NCBI GenBank assembly: GCA_965279525.1
Contig: CBDIIB010000005.1
Coordinates: forward strand, 224,001 to 288,000
Direction: 5' to 3'
Source of the DNA: Tagaea sp.
GTDB taxonomy: Bacteria > Pseudomonadota > Alphaproteobacteria > CACIAM-22H2
Length of the DNA: 64,000 bases
The position numbers were made by a program, and so were the translations under genes. The notes under the pieces were generated by a model that did no database searches, had not been told where the DNA came from, and saw only the letters and a list, made by a program, of their open reading frames with translations. Below are positions 58,582-64,000 of this stretch, one piece after another (the stretch's first letter is position 1; each line of letters opens with the position of its first letter).

Positions 58582-60150
58582 ATGCTGTCAGTCGCCTGAG
58601 AATCTGCTGAAACCGTTCTCACCGCGCCGCCGCCCGTCGACCCCGGGTGCCGGCGCTGGCGGCTGGTTCGATCTCGAAGACTGGGTGGGCCCCGGTCGGC
58701 CCGAGCACGCGCCCGGATATCGCCAAGCTGGAAGCGATCCTCGCCAACAGCGGCGACTTCCCGATGGAGCGCTTCCAGGGCCCGACCGGCTACTGGGGCG
58801 GTGCGCTCGATCAGGGGATCCGCAGCTACCAGAAGCGCAACGGCCTGAAGGTCGACGGCGCGCTTGCGCCCCGGCGGCCCGACGATCAGCCACATGCGCG
58901 ATTCGTTCGCCAACCTGTTCGACGGCCACGAGCCGCCGACGGTCGCCGACATCGACGCGCACCAGAACGTCGTCGGCGACGACAATCCCGGCACCATCGC
59001 GTGGCGCAAGCCCGTCGTCGACCTTTCGCAGATCCCCGGCCTGCCGGAGATCGACCAGGAAGCCGACGCGTCGAACACGCGCCTCGCGCGCGCGATGCTG
59101 CGCACCGGCGACATCGAGGGCTACGCGCCGCTGATGCGCGATGCGATCGACCAGGGCAGCAAGCACGCCCTCGCCGAGGTGCGCGACCTCACGATGAAGC
59201 TCGACGAGGCCTCCCCGGGGCTCGGCAACCGCTTCGCCGGCTACGTCTTCGACGGGATGGAGAAGGCCAAGCGCGACAGGCTCCAGATCAAGATGCAGGG
59301 AGGGCAGCCGCTCGGCACGGTCCAGGTGGCTCAGGTCGGCGAAATCCTCGACCTCGGAATGTTGGGATTGCTCGGTACCGGCATGGTGGTCGGCGCCAAG
59401 AACGCGGCAGACGGCACGCGCAAAGCGTTGAGCCCGGGAGAAGTCCCGGGTTCACCGCCGCCTCTGGTCCCAACCGACGATCCAACGCGCACGCGGCCGG
59501 GATACGAGGAAATCCCGACGGCCATCGCCGGGCCAACGAATACCGGCCATCCGGCCGAAACGCCGGACCCGTCCGACAACCTCGAGACGTTTCCGGCAGC
59601 TCCGGAGGAGAAGCGCCAACAGATCGTCGACGATATCAGGAAGGATCTGTTCCCGAACTACGTGGAGATGCGGTATGGCGACCGCGAGGAAAATCGCGCG
59701 ACCGACGAGAATGCAGAAATCACAAACCTCATCATCGAGACGTTCATGGATGAGGTAAAGAAGTCGCATCTCCCGGATATGATCCATCACGAGAACGGAG
59801 GATCATTTCTCGGGGAGAAAAAGGAATACAGGGAAGAGCGTACGATCCGAAACAACTTCGGTACGTTCAACCGGCCCGACGGAACGTTCCAGCTCGAAGG
59901 AGCTGAACGCAACGACGACTCCATGAATTTCAACGTGCAGACCCCGAAGAAGGACGGCACCCCAATCGAACGGGAACAGAGAAGTTTCGACAGGCTTTCA
60001 GAAGTGCTCGGCAAAGACAGCATGAAGGGTTACCCGAAAAGACTTCCCAACCAGAGCCTTGAAGATCACAAGCGCGAGGCGAAGGCGTTTGCCGTCAAGA
60101 TGTACAAAGAGTACGAGAATCGTTTGTGGAACCTCCCGGGTCCGAGATAG
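58582..60150 (+). CDS. Peptidoglycan-binding-domain protein with putative C-terminal toxin domain (about 520 aa after repairing up to three +1 frameshifts)
   Basis: GGAGAG RBS and ATG at 58582; stitched WVGPG..RPDIAKLEAIL...GPTGYWG..LDQGIRSYQKRNGLKVDGAL/RPGGPTI (PG_binding_1-like); continuous ORF 58864-60150. Confidence 0.7.
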
Positions 60151-60154
60151 GCAA

Positions 60155-60937
60155 ATGGATTTCGACAACCTCCGCCGCGAAGGGCACGAGCCTGCGATCG
60201 TGCCGAATGCGGGACGCGGGCAAACGGTCAATTGGACGAGCGCCGACGCGCAGCGATTTCTCGAATCGCTGCGCGCGGCGTTCCCCCACATTTTCGTCCA
60301 TGAAGACTTCAGCCATCTGCATCATAGGGCGGAAAAGCCGGTCGTTCGGACCCTCGATCGCATCGACAGCCCCGCAAAGCTGCTCCGAGTCAAAGTTCTC
60401 TTCACGTATCCGGGCTGGCGGCCAAATCTTGTGCAGGTTGACGATCGGGGCCCCGGATACTCTCCGTATTGGACGTGGGAGCGATATATTTCGCCGCGTC
60501 TGTCGTTTTCTGTCCGGCGCGACGAAGACTGCGTCTCCCGACCGGTTTGGGCAAAGGAGGGTCGCGCTTCGCCGATCGAATCCTGGGCTTCGACAAATCT
60601 GATGACTTCCTACCGGCGGGAACTGCCGGAGGAACGCAAGATCGAAGAGAAGGCATTGCGGCTTGCCCGCAAGCTCTGCGCGCGGACCGTGCCAATGCTG
60701 TGGCATTCGCTGGAGGAGTATTTCACCGGAAAAGCGCGCGTCAACCGCGGCGGCTTCATGGTCGGCGACGGCTGGGCGGTGCCAAGCGTGATCGACTGGT
60801 GCCGGGCCGCTCCGAATCGCATGATCGACGCCGGCACTTTTGCCGTCGGTGGTGGAACCGGTTGCCTGCCTGTCGAACTCGTCCCCGACGCATGGTGGGG
60901 CGATATCCCCAAACCCAAATGGGCGCAGCGCCCCTGA
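60155..60937 (+). CDS. Hypothetical protein, putative immunity protein
   Basis: ATG 4 nt after the upstream stop; 260 aa, Trp-rich, atypical codon usage, no recognisable motif. Confidence 0.65.
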   Translation: MDFDNLRREGHEPAIVPNAGRGQTVNWTSADAQRFLESLRAAFPHIFVHEDFSHLHHRAEKPVVRTLDRIDSPAKLLRVKVLFTYPGWRPNLVQVDDRGPGYSPYWTWERYISPRLSFSVRRDEDCVSRPVWAKEGRASPIESWASTNLMTSYRRELPEERKIEEKALRLARKLCARTVPMLWHSLEEYFTGKARVNRGGFMVGDGWAVPSVIDWCRAAPNRMIDAGTFAVGGGTGCLPVELVPDAWWGDIPKPKWAQRP

Positions 60938-60946
60938 CGCCTGCCC

Positions 60947-61441
60947 TCAGTCCTCAAGCACGCTGCGCAGCATCCAGGCGGTCTTTTCGTGGATGTCGAG
61001 GCGCTGGGTGAGGAGGTCCATGGTCGGCTGGTCGTCGGCCTTGGCGACAACAGGCAGCAGCTTGCGCGCGGTGCGGGCCGTCGCTTCCTGGGCCGCGACG
61101 AGATGGCGGACCATGTCGTCGGCCTTCGGCACGCCGTCTACTTCCTTGATCGAAGCGAGCTTGTGGAACTCGCGATAGGTTCCCGGTGCCGGATGCCCGA
61201 GGGCGCGGATGCGTTCGGCGATCAGGTCCAGCGCGTTCCACTGTTCGGTGTACTGGCCCATGAACATCAGATGCAGGCTGTTGAACTGCGGCCCGGTGAC
61301 GTTCCAATGGAAATTATGAGTCATCAAATAGAGCGTGTAGCTGTCGGCGAGCAGGGCCGAGAGGCCCTTGACGATCTTCGCGCGCGTCGACGCGTCGATG
61401 CCGATGTCAATCTTCGGGGCGCTGTTCTTCTTCGATGCCAT
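60947..61441 (-). CDS. dps: DNA starvation/stationary phase protection protein
   Basis: [34 protein letters not shown]. Confidence 0.95.
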   Translation of the reverse strand: MASKKNSAPKIDIGIDASTRAKIVKGLSALLADSYTLYLMTHNFHWNVTGPQFNSLHLMFMGQYTEQWNALDLIAERIRALGHPAPGTYREFHKLASIKEVDGVPKADDMVRHLVAAQEATARTARKLLPVVAKADDQPTMDLLTQRLDIHEKTAWMLRSVLED

Positions 61442-61502
61442 GGCGGGGCTCCTTCGCTCGCTCCCGATGAATCTGGGAGAATCTGCGGAAAATGCAAGTC
61501 CG

Positions 61503-62273
61503 TCAGGTCATCGTCAGCGAAACGGTTCCCAGCGCACCGAAATCCGCGACGTACGTGCCCGGCAGCTGCGCCAGATGCGGCACGATGCATGAACCGGTCG
61601 TGACGATGTGCCCCGCCGCGAGCGTCGTCCAGGACGGCGGGTTGTTCGCGAACAGCACGACGGCCGCGAACGGGTCACCAAGGACAGCGGCCCCCGAACC
61701 TTCGACGACGATGCGCCCGTCGAACGACAGCGTCATCGGATGCTTGCCGAATTCGAATTTGCGCCAGTCGCGCACGGCCGCCCCGTAGACGAACCCGCCG
61801 CTCGCCATGGAATCGGCCAGCGCTTCGGCGGGCGACGCCCCGGGCTGGCGCCCGTCGACGATCTCGATTGCCGGATGGAAGGCGGCGACGGCATCCGCGA
61901 CTTCCTCGCGCGTATAGGGGGCTTTGCGCGCCGGCAGGTCGCGGCCCATCGCGAAGGCGAACTCGCACTCGAACTTGGGGGCGATCAGCGTGGCGCGCGG
62001 GAACCGCGCGGGGGCCGCAAACGTCCAGGGGGCAAACAGCGGCGCATTGGTGACGACCGGGATGCCCGACTTGGCCTGCTGGGCCGTGTCGACATTGCCG
62101 ACTTTCCAGCCCGTGACCGTGTGGCCCGCAATGCGCGCGATGGCCGCATGGACCGCTTCGGCATCCTGGTAAGTGGCCGGGGCGCGCGACGGCCATTTCG
62201 CCATCGTGCGGACTTCGCGCCGTGCCGTCATCACGGCGGCGGCATTGGCCGCCGCGTCGAACGTGTCGCTCAT
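61503..62273 (-). CDS. 2-keto-4-pentenoate hydratase / FAH family protein
   Basis: GWKVG, ECEFAF, PAIEIVD, VLGDP, VTTGSC. Confidence 0.87.
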   Translation of the reverse strand: MSDTFDAAANAAAVMTARREVRTMAKWPSRAPATYQDAEAVHAAIARIAGHTVTGWKVGNVDTAQQAKSGIPVVTNAPLFAPWTFAAPARFPRATLIAPKFECEFAFAMGRDLPARKAPYTREEVADAVAAFHPAIEIVDGRQPGASPAEALADSMASGGFVYGAAVRDWRKFEFGKHPMTLSFDGRIVVEGSGAAVLGDPFAAVVLFANNPPSWTTLAAGHIVTTGSCIVPHLAQLPGTYVADFGALGTVSLTMT

Positions 62274-63982
62274 GCGTTTTCTCCGATCGGTCCTTCGGTG
62301 ACGTTCACGTGCCCGCCGCGCCTGACCATGATCCGCTTTGCGAACAGCGTGCCGACCTGCTTGCGGTGCGACACGCAGATCAGCGTCTTGTCCGGAAAAT
62401 CCTCGATCAGGCGGCCAAGCATGAACATTTCGCTTTCCTCGTCCAGCGAGGCGAGAGTTTCGTCGAGGATGAGGCAGGGCGCGTCCGTCAGCAAGGCGCG
62501 CGCGAAGGCGAGGCGCTGCTGCTCGCCGCCCGAGAAAGGTTCGCCCTTGTCGCCGACCGGCGCCTTGAGGCCCTCGGGTTCGGCGGCGACGCGCGCGTCC
62601 ATCCGGACGCGCTCGAGCGTGCGCGTCCACAGATCGTCGGCGAGCGTGCGGTGGATGGCGACGTTGTCGGCCACGTTGCCGTGGATGAAGGCGGTGGCCG
62701 CGCGCGCGAAGAAGAACAGGCGCTTGCGGTCGGTGAGGCTGAGACTGGTGACGTCGCGCCCGTCGATGGTGATGCGGCCCGACGACGGCCGGTGCATGCC
62801 CAGCAGCATGAAGATCAGCGTCGTCTTGCCGGAACCGGAATCGCCGAACAGGCCGATCTTGTCGCCGGGCCGGATGACGAACGAGAACGGGTGTAGCAGC
62901 GTCTCGCCGCGGTCGGAGACGAGCGTCACGTTGTCGAAGCGGATCTCGCCGAACGACGCGGCCGGCCGCGCACCCTTCTCGGCCAGCACGCCGTCCAGCC
63001 CGTCGGTCGAGGCGGAGATGCGCTTCAAGGCCAGCCGCGCGTCGTTGATCATCGGCCACGCTTCGCCGATGCGGCTCAGGTTCGGGAAGATCAGCATCGT
63101 GTAGTAGGCGAAGATCAGGAACTTGCCGATCTGCGGCGGCCCGTCGGTCGTCACGAACAGCAGCACGAGGCACACGGCCGACGACATGCCGATGACGAAC
63201 TCGACGAGGCCGTAATAGGCGCCGTGTCGGCGCCATAACAGTCGGTTCAGCACCGCGAGCTTCCGTGCACCGGCCAGCAGCCGCACGATGAAGGCCGCAC
63301 CTAGGCCCGTGAAACGCAGATCGAGGTTCTTCTGGTAGAGCGAGGCGAGATAGCCGAGATAGCCCTGATCGAGCGCCATCTTCTCGATGTATTTCTTCTT
63401 GCGCCAATGCGCGTAGTAGGCGATCGCGCAGACGAGCAGGCAGATCTCGACGAGAAGGATGTAGAACAGCCACTTCTCGACGAAGAAGATCACGCACAGC
63501 ATCAGCACGAGCTGCAGCACCGCCACGCCCGCGTGGACGAGCGCTTCGCGCAGCAGACGCTGCACGGCTTCGAGATCGCCCGACGCCGCCGCGAGCACCC
63601 CGCCCGCCCCCATTTTCGACAACTGCGCGTAGGGTCCGCGCAACAGGTTGAGCGCGATGGAGCCGCGGATCGACCGGATGATCCGCTCGGACAGCGCCGA
63701 GGTGCGGTACTCGGACAGCAGGAAGAAGATGAGGACGACAACCTCGATCGCGAAGATGAGGCCCACGTAGAGCCAGATGCGGTCGAAGTCGCGCAGCAGC
63801 GTCGCTTCGATCCCGCCCCACCAGCTGTCGGCTTTCGGCCCGTCGATCAGCGCGTTGATCGGCAGCGGGCGCACGACGACCGCGATCGACTGCACGCAGG
63901 CGATCAGGAAGATGATGAAGATGCCGACCCGCCATTTGGGGTCGTGCTTCTTCAGCAGCGAGTCGATTTCACGGATGAACAT
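62270..63982 (-). CDS. ABC exporter (fused TMD plus NBD)
   Basis: About six TMs, GDSGSGKT, FSGGEQQ, LILDE, SH switch. Confidence 0.88.
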   Translation of the reverse strand: MFIREIDSLLKKHDPKWRVGIFIIFLIACVQSIAVVVRPLPINALIDGPKADSWWGGIEATLLRDFDRIWLYVGLIFAIEVVVLIFFLLSEYRTSALSERIIRSIRGSIALNLLRGPYAQLSKMGAGGVLAAASGDLEAVQRLLREALVHAGVAVLQLVLMLCVIFFVEKWLFYILLVEICLLVCAIAYYAHWRKKKYIEKMALDQGYLGYLASLYQKNLDLRFTGLGAAFIVRLLAGARKLAVLNRLLWRRHGAYYGLVEFVIGMSSAVCLVLLFVTTDGPPQIGKFLIFAYYTMLIFPNLSRIGEAWPMINDARLALKRISASTDGLDGVLAEKGARPAASFGEIRFDNVTLVSDRGETLLHPFSFVIRPGDKIGLFGDSGSGKTTLIFMLLGMHRPSSGRITIDGRDVTSLSLTDRKRLFFFARAATAFIHGNVADNVAIHRTLADDLWTRTLERVRMDARVAAEPEGLKAPVGDKGEPFSGGEQQRLAFARALLTDAPCLILDETLASLDEESEMFMLGRLIEDFPDKTLICVSHRKQVGTLFAKRIMVRRGGHVNVTEGPIGENA

Positions 63983-64000
63983 CGGGCCGCCCGTCGGCGT

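Noticed and set aside
61503-63935. 810-aa ORF spanning the ABC exporter and hydratase
   Set aside because: Alternate-frame shadow; the hydratase starts at 62273 after a GGAGA RBS

Overview
GC-rich (roughly 68% by eye) alphaproteobacterial chromosome segment, probably Rhodospirillales-like. It holds about 58 CDS and one tRNA-Gln(TTG). I saw no integrase, transposase, CRISPR array or rRNA. Contents in order: cupin/GST/cvrA, methyltransferase-ispE-gmd-fcl, a conserved hypothetical, tRNA-Gln, an accessory metabolic stretch (ADH, GST, phaZ, cupin, IlvD/Edd, ABC-F, murQ-anmK, MFS, dienelactone hydrolase), two chemoreceptors, a putative N-heterocycle catabolic cluster with a TRAP transporter, signalling genes (MASE1 kinase, hybrid PAS kinase, PAS-GGDEF-EAL), the PHB locus (phbB, phbA, PhaC-like, PhaE-like, phaR), gapR-DUF1244-ligase-FGase, glycerate kinase-pyk, dps and an ABC exporter. 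The most notable item lies between pyk and dps (58.5-60.9 kb). A perfect alphaproteobacterial LexA box (GTTC-N7-GTTC) overlaps a promoter that drives a peptidoglycan-binding-domain protein with a low-GC nuclease-like C-terminus, followed by a tightly linked orphan gene. This looks like an SOS-inducible, colicin-like polymorphic toxin/immunity pair (inference). Four +1 frameshifts cluster at 57.3-58.9 kb and are probably sequencing errors. All family calls come from motif recognition by eye; no database searches were run.
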